From the NCBI GenBank assembly GCA_963769025.1, contig CAVYKI010000009.1, positions 1,292,015 through 1,356,014 of the forward strand: a stretch of 64,000 nucleotides of DNA, given 5' to 3'. This DNA comes from an uncultured Verrucomicrobiae bacterium (lineage in GTDB: Bacteria; Verrucomicrobiota; Verrucomicrobiia; Chthoniobacterales; Chthoniobacteraceae). Both the position numbers and the translations under genes were made by a program. Of the stretch, positions 1 to 10,105 are shown one piece after another (positions within the stretch are counted from its first letter, which is position 1; every line of letters starts with the position of its first letter). The notes beneath the pieces were generated by a model that saw only the letters and a list, made by a program, of their open reading frames with translations, made no database searches and had not been told where the DNA came from.

Positions 1-998
1 TCGCCCGTGCCCCCGGTGTTCAGCTCCGGCATGCCTTTTCCGCGCAATTTGAAAACAGTCCCGCTCTGCGTGCCGGCGGGCACCTTCAGCGATGTCTCGC
101 CGTGCAGTGTCGGCACCTTGAGTTCCCCGCCGAGCGTCGCCATGGCGAAGCTGATCGGCAGGTCGCAAAAGAGATTAGATTCCTCGCGCTCGAAAATTTC
201 GTGCTCCTTGACGTGAATGACCACGTAGAGGTCTCCATTCTGCCCGCCGCGGATGCCGGCCTCTCCGTTTCCAGTGCTGCGCAAACGCGAGCCGTCCTCG
301 ATGCCCGGCGGGATCTTCAATTTGATGCGCGTGCTTTGCTCGGAGCGGCCTTCGCCGCGGCACTCGCCGCACGGCTTTTCCACCGTCTGCCCCGTTCCGC
401 GGCAGCGCGGGCATGTCTGAGAGACTTGGAAAAATCCGCGCGAACTCACGACCTGGCCGCGGCCGCCGCACGTCTGGCAGGTCACGACACGCGAGCCCTT
501 CTCCGCACCACTTCCATGGCAGGCCCCGCAGGCGCTCTGTTTCGATACCTCGATTTCCTTCTCCGCGCCGAACGCCGCTTCTTCGAGCGTGATCTGCATG
601 TCGTAGCGCAGGTCGCTGCCGCGCTGGCGGCTCTCGCGATCCTGCCGCCCGCCGCCTCCGCCGAAGAATTGCTCAAAAATCCCGCCTCCTCCGCCTCCTC
701 CGCCGAACACCTCGCGGAAAATATCCATCGGGTCATGGAATCCTCCCCCGCCCCGCGACGCACCACCTTGAGCAAATGCCGCATGCCCGTACCGGTCATA
801 CGCCGCGCGTTTGTCCGGATCGGAGAGCGCCTCGTAAGCCTCGCCGAGCTCCTTGAAATTGTCCTCCGCCTTGTGGTCGTTCGGATTCTTGTCCGGATGC
901 AGCTTCACCGCGAGTTTGCGGTACGCCTTCTTGATCTCCTCCGCGGGTGCCCCTTTGGCAACGCCGAGGATTTCGTAATAATCTCGTTTTTTCGACAT
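1..998 (-). CDS. dnaJ: Molecular chaperone DnaJ (3' end runs off the window)
   Basis: Manual translation from ATG at 998 gives [39 protein letters not shown] (J domain with HPD), a G/F-rich linker and four CxxCxGxG repeats. It is absent from the ORF track because no stop falls inside the window. Lies directly downstream of grpE. Confidence 0.96.
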   Translation of the reverse strand, partial: MSKKRDYYEILGVAKGAPAEEIKKAYRKLAVKLHPDKNPNDHKAEDNFKELGEAYEALSDPDKRAAYDRYGHAAFAQGGASRGGGGFHDPMDIFREVFGGGGGGGGIFEQFFGGGGGRQDRESRQRGSDLRYDMQITLEEAAFGAEKEIEVSKQSACGACHGSGAEKGSRVVTCQTCGGRGQVVSSRGFFQVSQTCPRCRGTGQTVEKPCGECRGEGRSEQSTRIKLKIPPGIEDGSRLRSTGNGEAGIRGGQNGDLYVVIHVKEHEIFEREESNLFCDLPISFAMATLGGELKVPTLHGETSLKVPAGTQSGTVFKLRGKGMPELNTGGTG

Positions 999-1012
999 TC
1001 GATGAGTCCCCT

Positions 1013-1546
1013 CTAGGCCGCAGGCGCGCCCTTGCTCACCACCACCATCGCGGCCCGCAGGAGCCGATCACGCAGACGGAATCCACGGCGCAGTTGCCGG
1101 ATCACATGCCCCTCCGGCGTCGAGGCGTCCTCCTCCTGGCTGACGGCCTCATGCAGGTTCGGGTCGAATTTCGCGCCCACCGCGTCGATGACCTCCACTC
1201 CGCTCCCGGTCATGAATTCGTTCAACTGCCGCTGGATCATCTCCATGCCCACGGCGATGGGCGACTTCGGATCGCCTTTGCGCACCTCCATCATGCCGAA
1301 TTCAAAATTATCCAGCACCGGCAGCAGCCGCTCCAGCACCACGGCCTGCGCGCGCTTGTAATCCTCGTCCCTCTCGCGGGCCACGCGCTTGCGGTAGTTG
1401 TCGAGTTCCGCCTGCGCACGCAGCGCGGCGTCCTTCCATTTTGCAATCTCGGCAGCCTGCGTGTTTTCAGCGCCATCCTCCGCGGCCTGCACTTCGGCTT
1501 CGATGGGTTCCGGTTTCTCTTCTGGCTCGGCCTTTGGTTTGCTCAT
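1013..1546 (-). CDS. grpE: Nucleotide exchange factor GrpE
   Basis: [31 protein letters not shown] and [16 protein letters not shown] motifs; adjacent to dnaJ. Confidence 0.96.
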   Translation of the reverse strand: MSKPKAEPEEKPEPIEAEVQAAEDGAENTQAAEIAKWKDAALRAQAELDNYRKRVARERDEDYKRAQAVVLERLLPVLDNFEFGMMEVRKGDPKSPIAVGMEMIQRQLNEFMTGSGVEVIDAVGAKFDPNLHEAVSQEEDASTPEGHVIRQLRRGFRLRDRLLRAAMVVVSKGAPAA

Positions 1547-2958
1547 TTTTTCAAGATGGTAATCAGGGTGATGTCGTCGTGTGGCGGATGGTCGCCGATG
1601 AACGTCTTCACGTCACTGGTGACGCGCTGCACAATGTCGGACGCGCCTTCGGATGCGCTCGCCTGGACAGAGCGAATCATCGCTTCCAACCCGAATTCGT
1701 CCCCGTTCCGGTCTTGCGCCTCGGTGACGCCGTCCGTGTAGAGGATCAGGCAGTCTCCAGGTTCGAGGACCAGGGAAAATTCGTTCGTCACCCTATTGAA
1801 TGCGCCCCCGCTGTCAATTCCCACCGCCATGCCGGGCGGGTTCACGCGCGTCACGCTCCTGTCCGCAACCCGGTACACCAGCGGAGCATCATGTCCGGCG
1901 CGCACGAGTTTTACCTCTTTGGTCCGCCGGTCGAGCACCACGTATGCCAAGGAGATGAACATGTCCTCCCGGATATCCGGGTAGAGTTGCGCGTTCAGCC
2001 GGTGGACGACCTCCGTCGGCGACGCCCCCTCTGTCGCGAGCAGCCTGAGGGCCGTCCGCGTCATCGCCATCATCAGAGCCGCGGGGATTCCTTTGCCCGA
2101 CACATCCGCGATCACCACGCCGCAGCGGTCCTCATCGAGCGAAATGTAGTCAAAGTAATCCCCGCTCACCCAGCGTGCCGGCAGGTTCGTTCCCGCGACA
2201 TCGAATCCCTCCACCACCGGCGGCTCACTCGGCAGGAGGATGCGCTGCACTTCCGTGGCGATGTTCAGATCCTTTTCGATCTGCCGCTTTTCCGCCGCCT
2301 CGTTGTGCAGGAATGCATCGAACAGCGAGAACGCGGACTGCTCCGCGAGCGCCTTGAACGTAGCGAAATTCTCCGGCCCGAACGGCTCGCTTTTCCCCAT
2401 CCGCGCCAGCGCGAGCACCCCGAGATTCTGCCCCGCATACACCAGCGGCGCGATGAATGCCGAGTTCACCCCGAATGTCCGCAGCCGCTCCAGCCGCGGG
2501 TCGGATGCCGGCAAAGACAGCACGATATTTTCCGCGAGCACCCGCCCGATCAGCCCCTCGCCGGCCTTCTCCGCCTGCAGCCGCATCTGCGCATGCAACG
2601 AAGTCGTCGCCGGCCCGTTCTGCTTCGGGAGTTCCACAAATGGCGGCGATCCCTTCGACACGTAGCTCGGCTGCAGGGCCGTGCCCTTCTTGTTCGTCAG
2701 GTAAAGTGCGCCGCCTTCCGCCTCCAGGATCCGCAATGCCCCCTCCACGATCAGCCCGTCCAGTTCCCCGAGATGCGAATCGTCCTTCAGCGCCTCACCG
2801 ATGCCGTGCAGGAAATCAAAAACACGCCGCTCCTCCGTCTGCACCTTCACCTTCTCCCGCACCAGCCCCTCCACCTGCCGCCGGTGCATGCGCGCCGCCA
2901 GCAGCGCCCATGTGGCGGTCGCGCCCAGCGCGGTCGAGAGAATGATTTCAGCCAGCAT
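1543..2958 (-). CDS. GAF-domain SpoIIE/RsbU-type PP2C serine phosphatase with N-terminal membrane anchor
   Basis: VSGDYFD, IADVSGKG, RAGH, LYTDGVTEA and HDDITL PP2C motifs; upstream GAF-like region; hydrophobic N-terminus from the likely ATG at 2958. Confidence 0.88.
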   Translation of the reverse strand: MLAEIILSTALGATATWALLAARMHRRQVEGLVREKVKVQTEERRVFDFLHGIGEALKDDSHLGELDGLIVEGALRILEAEGGALYLTNKKGTALQPSYVSKGSPPFVELPKQNGPATTSLHAQMRLQAEKAGEGLIGRVLAENIVLSLPASDPRLERLRTFGVNSAFIAPLVYAGQNLGVLALARMGKSEPFGPENFATFKALAEQSAFSLFDAFLHNEAAEKRQIEKDLNIATEVQRILLPSEPPVVEGFDVAGTNLPARWVSGDYFDYISLDEDRCGVVIADVSGKGIPAALMMAMTRTALRLLATEGASPTEVVHRLNAQLYPDIREDMFISLAYVVLDRRTKEVKLVRAGHDAPLVYRVADRSVTRVNPPGMAVGIDSGGAFNRVTNEFSLVLEPGDCLILYTDGVTEAQDRNGDEFGLEAMIRSVQASASEGASDIVQRVTSDVKTFIGDHPPHDDITLITILKK

Positions 2959-3186
2959 ATTTCGCGGGCGGGAAAGAGAGTCCCCAAGCGCCCCGCCTGC
3001 AAGCATTCGATTTTCCCGACGCGTGAGGCACGCGAACATTTCACCCACCTCGCGCCGGAGTGCGGCGTGGGATTTCCCGCAGCTCCCGAGGGAACGAGGC
3101 GGGCGTTCCTCCGGCCTCACTACACGGATCGGCGCGCGCCTCCCGCCGTCGGCGGCCAAAGGCGGGATTTTCGCTTCCGCGTTCCC

Positions 3187-4544
3187 CTACAGCCCCGCGA
3201 CCTCGCGCCCCTTCCGGTAGGCGCGTTTTACAAATGCGTTCGCCGCGTCCGTGTTCGTGAATTTCAGCGCGGCGGCGTCCCACGCGAGGGTCTGCTTCGG
3301 GTAACGCGTCGCGACGCTGCCGAGCAGGACGGCTTCCGTGAGCGGGCCGGAGTAGTCCCAGTTCGCGTCGGTCTTCTTGCGGTTGCCGATCACTGTCTCG
3401 AGAAACTGCATCCAGTGGTTCTCGCCTTCGACTTTCTCCACGTTGATTACCCCGGCTTTGTCATTGAATACGCGCGGTGCCTGGACGTGCGGGAGGATCA
3501 TCACGCCGCGCGTCCCGAGAAAGATGCTGCCCTGGTCCGGGAGCCCACGCTGCTTGTCGCCCTTGATGATATTCGCGGCCTCCTGCACAGCCTGCGGCGG
3601 ACGCTGGTCGCCATCGTACCACACGACGCGGACCGTCTTCTCCGCGGTGAACGGGGTGCCGGGAAAGGTGTAGTCGATGATGGCATCCGTGGCCCACGAG
3701 TGATCGTTCGGCTGCGGGCCGTCGCTGCGGATGCTGAGCGGCGCGGTGAGCGCGAGCGCCTTGAAGACCGGATCGTAAATGTGGCAGCCCATGTCGCCGA
3801 AGGTGCCGGTGCCGAAGTCGAGCCGCTTGCGCCAGTTGCCGGGGTGATACCAGCCGCCGCCGATGAACGGCCGCTCCGCCGCGACGCCGAGCCAGAGGTC
3901 CCAGTCGAGCCCCGCAGGCACGGGGTCGGTCTTCGTCGGCATTGCGCCGTTGTCGCCCCACTTCTTGCTGCTCCACGTGTGGACTTCCTTCACCTTGCCG
4001 ATGACACCATTCCTGATCGAGCCGGCACGCGGTGCGGTACTCGGAGCCGCTGTGAACCTGGATGCCCATCTGCGTGACGGAGCTTCTTCTCGCGCGCGAT
4101 CTCGGTCATGCGGCGGACTTCGTAAATGTCATGCGCGAGCGGCTTCTGGCCATAGACGTGCAGCCCGCGGTTCAGCGCGCTGACCCCGATGGGCGCGTGC
4201 ATGTGGTCCGGCGTGGAGACGTTCACGGTCTGGAGGTCCTTCTCCTTTTCGAGCAGCGTGCGGAAATCGGAGTAAATGCGCGCCTCGGGGAACCGCTTCC
4301 GGAATTCGACCGTCCGCTTTTCATCCACATCGCACCCGGCGACGATTTTCACCGCGGCGTGCTTCGAGATGGCGCCGACGTCGGACATGGCCATCCCTGC
4401 GCAGCCGAAGCTCGCGTGATGGATGACGGAATTCGGCGATTGAGCCATGAGTCCTCGCGTGACCCACGGGGCAATGGCGGCGCCAAGGGCGAGATCGCGG
4501 AGGAATGAACGGCGGGAACGGAGGAGGGAACGGTTGGGATTCAT
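3187..4544 (-). CDS. Tat-exported Gfo/Idh/MocA family oxidoreductase (frameshifted near 3990-4080)
   Basis: SRRSFL Tat motif, STPDHMHA and VYGQKPLA in ORF 3990..4661; LDWDLWLG and GTGTFGDMGCHIYD in ORF 3187..3993. Confidence 0.85.
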
Positions 4545-4661
4545 GATGGGGTTTGTCTGGGTGCTTCGGATTGAGCGCCAAGGCGCGGAGATATTGGAGA
4601 GATTCGCCGATGGATTGGGGAAACGTCGAGCCGGAGCGCGGAGGACCATCCTTGCGGGCAC

Positions 4662-6800
4662 TCACACCACCCACTCCGCCAGCGTGCTCTCGGCACTGGG
4701 GACGGCGAGTTCGATCGGCGAATTTTCCGGATAGCATTCGTGTTCGACGCCACCCACGAGGATCCTCACCTGAAACCGCACCTCGGCTCCGGCCGGCATG
4801 CCTATCTCCGAAAACGGCACGCTGAGCTCGACGATTTCCTCCACGGCAAACTCCCCGGCCGTCCGCGCCTTGCCGCCCGGCACCGACACGGTGACTTTGC
4901 CGAGAGCCCCGCGCTTGGCGACCGGCGTCTGCACGACCACTCCGTCCGGCTGCGAAAATGCAATGACAAGCGTGAATTCGCCCGCGCGCCTCAGGTCGAG
5001 GCGCAGGTGCAGCCGCTCCGCATCGCAGCCAAAGCGCAGCGTCCGGACAAAACGATCATCGCGGAACATCGCGCCCTGCTCGCTCCCCGCCACGTAGCGC
5101 CCCGCCCCGACCCACTCATAGAACGGTTCGATCCGTCCGTTGATCAGCGGCGTGATCTGCCGTCGCGGACGCGTGTAAAGCGGCGGCGCCTCCGTGCTCA
5201 GGACCGTGCGGTCGAGTTCCGGCGGGAAATTTTCGCCGCAGATGGAATAGACGTTCTTCAGGTGCTGCCGGAACAGTTCGTCGAACAGCACATCGCACTC
5301 CGTCGAGAAGTCCGGCCCGTACCACCAGAACCAGTCGCTGCCCTCGGCGGCGTACACTTCGCGGAGCGCTCCTTCGCGCTGCTCCGGCGTGAGCGATGGC
5401 AGCCTGCCCTCGAGAAAGCGCCGCGTGTCGCCGAGCAAATCCCACGCGCGGTTTTCCTCATCGTCGCCGATCCAGATGTCGAAGTTGCTGTAAATCCACG
5501 AGCCGCTGTGGAGCTTTTGCAGCGTCTTTTTCGGCGGGCAGCGCTGGAGGTAATTCTCGATCGTGCTGCTCCGGAGCTGCGTGCCGCCCTTTTCCAGGCC
5601 GCGATACACCTCGCGCAGGAAAGTCTCGCCACCGTCCTTGAACGTCTCCCACGCATTCTCGCCGTCGAGGATGATCGGGATCAGCCCGTTGTCGCGCGGG
5701 ATGTGATCCGCGATGTGCCGCATGTGCGAAAGCAGATGCTCGGCGGAATCGGCCGGCTCGCCACGCGACGCCATGAAGCCGACGAAATCGCTCAGCGGCT
5801 TTTCGCGGAACACCGCATTCACCGCCGCGCCCTCGTGCTCGACGCGCCAGCCCTGGAAAAGCTCGAGGTGATCGGCGTGAATGCCTTCACGCCGCAGCGA
5901 ATTGAAAAGGTTCTCCTCGTCCGAGCAGAAATACTGGATGCCGGCCTTTTCCATCAGCGGCACGAGTTCCGGCGCGATGCTCCCCTCGCTCGGCCACAGC
6001 CCGCGGGGCGCGCGGCCAAACATCCGCGTGTGTTGCTCGACCGCGAGCCGCAGATGCGCCTCCGCGTCCTGCGGCCAGTGGAAACGCCTCGGCAGCGCCC
6101 GGCCCGGCATGGCCCGCTCCGCAAAATCGCTGTCGTACACGAGCGGCAGGATCGGGTGAAAAAACGGCGTGGTCGTCAGCTCCGCCTGCCCGCGCGCCTC
6201 GGCGTCCGCGTAGAGCTGCGGGATGCCCGCGAGGATCTCCATGTGGATGTCCAGCACGCGCAGCTTTTCCTCCTCGGAAAATCCGCGGTCCTTGCGTTTC
6301 AGCGCACCGAGTTCGGGATACAGCCGCGCCGCCGTGAAGCCGCACCACGCGAGATTGTACCACGTCTGCAAATCGCGGAAATCCTCCGTGCTCCAGTGCC
6401 GCAGTTCGGCGCGCAGCCGGTCGCGCTGAAAGTTTGCGCCGCGTTTCGCATGCAGCTCCGCATAGCGCGGGAAGGGCCGGAGCAGGTTGTCGTGCTGGAT
6501 TTTGAAGAAGTGCTCGAGGATCGCGAGGCGCTCGTTTTCATCGAGGTCCGCCGCGGGCTTGCGCGACCAGTCCAGCCACAGGTCGCGGATGGTCCCCTGC
6601 ACCAGTTCCTCGATCTGCAGCATGAGCACCGGCGTGAGGTTGAAGTTCACGCGCACGCCCGGGAAGTCCGCGAGCACGCTGACCATGTCGAGGTAGCCCT
6701 TCACCGCGTGCAGCCGCACCCACGGCATCATCGCGACCCGCGACACCGGGTTCACGTAATACGGCTGATGCATGTGCCACAGAAAAACGACGTTTGCCAT
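4662..6800 (-). CDS. Glycoside hydrolase family 57 (amylopullulanase/alpha-amylase-like)
   Basis: GH57 motifs FLWHMHQPYY, GLWPSEG, ILDGENAWE and AEGSDWFWW. Confidence 0.9.
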   Translation of the reverse strand: MANVVFLWHMHQPYYVNPVSRVAMMPWVRLHAVKGYLDMVSVLADFPGVRVNFNLTPVLMLQIEELVQGTIRDLWLDWSRKPAADLDENERLAILEHFFKIQHDNLLRPFPRYAELHAKRGANFQRDRLRAELRHWSTEDFRDLQTWYNLAWCGFTAARLYPELGALKRKDRGFSEEEKLRVLDIHMEILAGIPQLYADAEARGQAELTTTPFFHPILPLVYDSDFAERAMPGRALPRRFHWPQDAEAHLRLAVEQHTRMFGRAPRGLWPSEGSIAPELVPLMEKAGIQYFCSDEENLFNSLRREGIHADHLELFQGWRVEHEGAAVNAVFREKPLSDFVGFMASRGEPADSAEHLLSHMRHIADHIPRDNGLIPIILDGENAWETFKDGGETFLREVYRGLEKGGTQLRSSTIENYLQRCPPKKTLQKLHSGSWIYSNFDIWIGDDEENRAWDLLGDTRRFLEGRLPSLTPEQREGALREVYAAEGSDWFWWYGPDFSTECDVLFDELFRQHLKNVYSICGENFPPELDRTVLSTEAPPLYTRPRRQITPLINGRIEPFYEWVGAGRYVAGSEQGAMFRDDRFVRTLRFGCDAERLHLRLDLRRAGEFTLVIAFSQPDGVVVQTPVAKRGALGKVTVSVPGGKARTAGEFAVEEIVELSVPFSEIGMPAGAEVRFQVRILVGGVEHECYPENSPIELAVPSAESTLAEWVV

Positions 6801-6845
6801 GGCGTGGAGCTAGCGCGGCGGCGGCGTGGCGCGCAACGAAAAGCG

Positions 6846-7478
6846 TCAGGGCCGCGGCGTGTCGTCCGGCGGCGGCCCGTCGAATTCCGGAAGCCCGAGC
6901 CGCCAGCGGATTCCTGCAAGCCGCAGGGCCAGCGTGACGAGCGTGCCCACGATGAGCGCCGCCGTGCCCCCCGGAATCCAATGCCGCAGCGCCACGAAAA
7001 ACCCGGCGCCGATCGCAGAGGCGGTCGCGTAAAGGTGAATCTCCCGGCGGAATACGAGCGGGATTTCGCTCATGAGCACATCGCGGCACATGCCGCCCGC
7101 GACACCGGTGATCACGCCCATCGCCACCGCGATCTGGGGTGCCACGTTGAATGCCATCGCCTTTTCCGCGCCGAGCACGGTGAAGAACGCCAGCGCGAGC
7201 GCGTCCGCAATCAACAGCACGGTGCGCGGCATCTCGCGGATTCGCGCGACGAAAAATGTGACGAGGCAGGCTGCGACCGCAGTGATCACAAAGCTCCCGT
7301 CCCGCACCCAGAAAATCGGACGTTCGCCGAGCACGAGGTCGCGGATCGTCCCTCCGCCGAATGCCGTCACAAGCGCGAGGACGAGCACCCCGAACAGATC
7401 CACGCGCTTGCCCCGCGCCGCGAGGGCGCCGGTGATCGCACCCACGGCGACCCCGAAATGTTCGAGCAGCGGTTGCAT
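6846..7478 (-). CDS. Trimeric intracellular cation channel (TRIC/YadS/UPF0126) family membrane protein
   Basis: Duplicated motifs TAFGGGTIRD and TGVAGGMCRD; highly hydrophobic. Confidence 0.88.
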   Translation of the reverse strand: MQPLLEHFGVAVGAITGALAARGKRVDLFGVLVLALVTAFGGGTIRDLVLGERPIFWVRDGSFVITAVAACLVTFFVARIREMPRTVLLIADALALAFFTVLGAEKAMAFNVAPQIAVAMGVITGVAGGMCRDVLMSEIPLVFRREIHLYATASAIGAGFFVALRHWIPGGTAALIVGTLVTLALRLAGIRWRLGLPEFDGPPPDDTPRP

Positions 7479-7498
7479 TTTCCGCGGCGCAGGCGCCG

Positions 7499-7999
7499 CT
7501 ACGCGAGCTTCAGCCGCGCGTCCTCGCCGAGGAGTTCATCGAGCGCGGACCAGTCCGCGTCGCTCGTCGCGAGAAATGCGTGGAGGTAGACCGCGACGAC
7601 CGCCGGGTCGTGCTTCTCCAGCAGCGTGTTCACGACTTCCGCGAGCTTCGCCTTTTCCGGCGCGGCCGGGAGATCCTCCACGGTGCCATGCTCGTCGTGC
7701 GCGATGCCGAGGCCGTCGAGGAAATCGCAGAGCAACTGCTTCTGCGTGCCGACCAGCCAGATCTGCAGCAGGTGCGCGGCGATGCCCTCGTTCTGCTTGC
7801 GCCCGCACGCGTCGCGCAGCCACGCGAAGCGCTCCGCCTTCGGCTTCCGCTCGACGAAGACCGGGCGCAGCTTGCGCTGCTTGCAGAGCGTGTCGATGGT
7901 CGCCTTCATCAGAGGCTTCTCGTTGTCGGTGATGTGGGAAAAGAGCTGCGCCGAGGCCGACGCCGGCATGTGTGCGAAAATTTCGTGAGTGGAATACAT
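7499..7999 (-). CDS. Conserved hypothetical protein
   Basis: C-terminal part of ORF 7499..8893 from MYSTHEIF (ATG 7999); has its own promoter-like element upstream; host-like codon use. Confidence 0.7.
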   Translation of the reverse strand: MYSTHEIFAHMPASASAQLFSHITDNEKPLMKATIDTLCKQRKLRPVFVERKPKAERFAWLRDACGRKQNEGIAAHLLQIWLVGTQKQLLCDFLDGLGIAHDEHGTVEDLPAAPEKAKLAEVVNTLLEKHDPAVVAVYLHAFLATSDADWSALDELLGEDARLKLA

Positions 8000-8010
8000 G
8001 AAGGTCGCGG

Positions 8011-8038
8011 AGCCTAGGGGGCGCGCGATGCGTGGCAA
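8011..8038 (-). promoter_or_regulatory. Putative sigma70-type promoter TTGCCA-N16-TAGGCT
   Basis: -35/-10-like hexamers 11 nt upstream of ATG 7999; pattern match only. Confidence 0.45.
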
Positions 8039-8049
8039 GCGCGCAGGAG

Positions 8050-8866
8050 CTACTTCGTCGGTGCGACCGGACGCCGCGTGAGCAGGTCGAGCACGTCGCC
8101 GGGATTCAGGAAAAAGTAGCGCCGTCCATCCGGCCCCGGACGTGAACTTGGAATCGTAGATCGCGACCTTGCTCGGCCCGACGACCCGCGCGCGGTCTCC
8201 CTGCACGATGATCGCCGTGCCTTCATCGATGCCGAAGCCGAGCAGCTCCGGATGCGCGGCGATGACCGGCAGCATGTCATCGAGCCTGCCTCGCGCGATC
8301 ACGTGCTGATCGATCGCGCAATTCTTCACGAGCGAAAAGCCCTCCTCGTGGCCTTTCGCCATCATGATCGTGTTTCCCTCCGGCGCGCCGCGGACCATGT
8401 AGCTGCCCTGGATCGTTGCGCCCGCCGAACTGCCGCCGACGACACCGCCGCGCGCGAGCACGCCATGGATTTCCTTCAGCGTGCGCGTGCCGAGATACGA
8501 ATCGGCGAGCCGCCACTGCCGGCCGCCATCAAGCCAGACCGCGTTCGCCTTCGTGAGCGGTTCGACGAAAGCGGCACTGTCCGCCACCGCGCGGTCGCGC
8601 GTGTGGACGACCGTCACGTGCTTCGCCCCGGCGCGGGTGAGAAAGGAACGCGCGACATACTTCTCGCCCCAGTCCTCGCCGACGTTGGCGGTCGGGATGA
8701 TGACGAAGTTCGCATCCACGCCGCCGGCGAGCCTGATGAATTCCGCCTGCGTCTCAGCGCCAAACTTCCCTCCCCCGTGGATGAGAAGCGAGCCGTTCGC
8801 AGGGCCGACCTTGGTCTCAGCCGTCACGGTGGCCGCTGCGAGCAGGAGGAGGATGAGGATGCGCAT
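8050..8866 (-). CDS. Secreted cyanophycinase / peptidase S51 family protein (frameshift near 8120-8140)
   Basis: Signal peptide MRILILLLLAAATVTA; LLIHGGG, IIPTA, GGSSAGA nucleophile motif, IDQHVIARGRL and GIDEGTA. The C-terminus (YFFLNPGDVLDL) is in ORF 8050..8280. Confidence 0.85.
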
Positions 8867-9013
8867 CGGCGCGAAGATTGGAGGGAACATCACTTTTCAA
8901 TAACCGCCCCAGCCGGAAAAGCAGAGCGCACAAATGGCGGCACACGGAACGCGAGCTGCCGCGCCTGCAATAGAGTCCTTGGCGAGTGCCCCATCCTGCG
9001 CCATTGGTCTCCC

Positions 9014-10096
9014 ATGTCGGTCACCACCGAAAAGCCAGCCATCCAGAGCCTCGATCCCGCAGAAATCGAGGCAGCCCTCGCCGTGCGCGGACAGCCGAAG
9101 TATCGCGCGACGCAGGTCCTCCGCTGGCTCTACGAAAAGCGCGTCACCGGCTTCGCCGGAATGAGCGACCTCCCCGCCGCACTGCGCGCGGATCTCGCCG
9201 AAGCCTTCACTTTTGTCCGCTTGGAAAATCTCCGCGTGCTCGGCAGCGAGGACACGACCCGGAAATACCTCTTCAAGCTCCCCGACGGCGCGCTCATCGA
9301 GACCGTGCTCATCCCCGCGTCGCCCGCGCTCTACGGCGAGACGAGCGACCGCCGCACGCTCTGCGTGAGCACGCAGGTCGGCTGCGCGTACGGGTGCAAG
9401 TTCTGCGCGAGCGGGCTCGACGGATTTTCGCGCAATCTCTCGCCCGGCGAAATCGCCGGCCAGCTCATCGAGGCCGAGCGCCTCGCCGGCGAACGCGTGA
9501 GCAACCTCGTCTTCATGGGCATGGGCGAGCCGCTCGCGAATTTCGCCAACCTCATGCGCGCGATCGACATCATCAATTCCCCGTGGGGCCTCGGCCTCGG
9601 CGCGCGCCACATCACCGTCTCCACGAGCGGCCTCGCCCCGCAGATCCGGCAGCTCGCCGACCAGCCGCGCCAGATCCGCCTCGCCATCTCGCTGCACGGC
9701 GCGACGGATGAAGTGCGCGGCCAGATCATGCCCGTGAACCGCAAATATCCGCTCGCCGAACTGCTCGACGCGTGCGCCTACCACGCGTCGAAAAAGAAGC
9801 AGCACATCACCTTCGAATACATCCTCATCGAGGGCATCAACGACGAACCCGCGCACGCCGCCGACCTCGCCCGCGTCGCGAAGCTCGTCCGCGCCAAGGT
9901 GAACTGCATCCCCTACAACGCCGTCGAAGGACTCCAGTGGAAACGCCCGAGCGAAGCGCGGCAGGATGCCTTCATGGAAGTCCTCGAACGCGCCCGCATC
10001 CCCGCCACGATCCGCCGCGAGAAGGGACACGACATCGCCGCAGCGTGTGGTCAGCTCCGCCGCCAGCAGGCCGCTCCGTCCGTTGCCAGCAATTGA
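9014..10096 (+). CDS. rlmN: 23S rRNA/tRNA m2A methyltransferase RlmN (radical SAM)
   Basis: LCVSTQVGCAYGCKFCASG, VFMGMGEP, ISLH and DIAAACGQL. Confidence 0.95.
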   Translation: MSVTTEKPAIQSLDPAEIEAALAVRGQPKYRATQVLRWLYEKRVTGFAGMSDLPAALRADLAEAFTFVRLENLRVLGSEDTTRKYLFKLPDGALIETVLIPASPALYGETSDRRTLCVSTQVGCAYGCKFCASGLDGFSRNLSPGEIAGQLIEAERLAGERVSNLVFMGMGEPLANFANLMRAIDIINSPWGLGLGARHITVSTSGLAPQIRQLADQPRQIRLAISLHGATDEVRGQIMPVNRKYPLAELLDACAYHASKKKQHITFEYILIEGINDEPAHAADLARVAKLVRAKVNCIPYNAVEGLQWKRPSEARQDAFMEVLERARIPATIRREKGHDIAAACGQLRRQQAAPSVASN

Positions 10097-10105
10097 GTCG
10101 CGGCG

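Noticed and set aside
102..7589. Long + strand ORFs 102..1016, 1441..4077 and 4740..7589, and similar ones elsewhere (e.g. 29173..31212, 40832..42793, 45832..48003)
   Set aside because: Antisense shadows of well-supported genes in high-GC DNA; Arg/Pro-rich with no motifs.
7499..8893. Apparent cyanophycinase-hypothetical fusion (464 aa)
   Set aside because: Produced by a frameshift near 8130. The peptidase has its own C-terminus and stop at 8050, and the second gene has its own start and promoter-like box.
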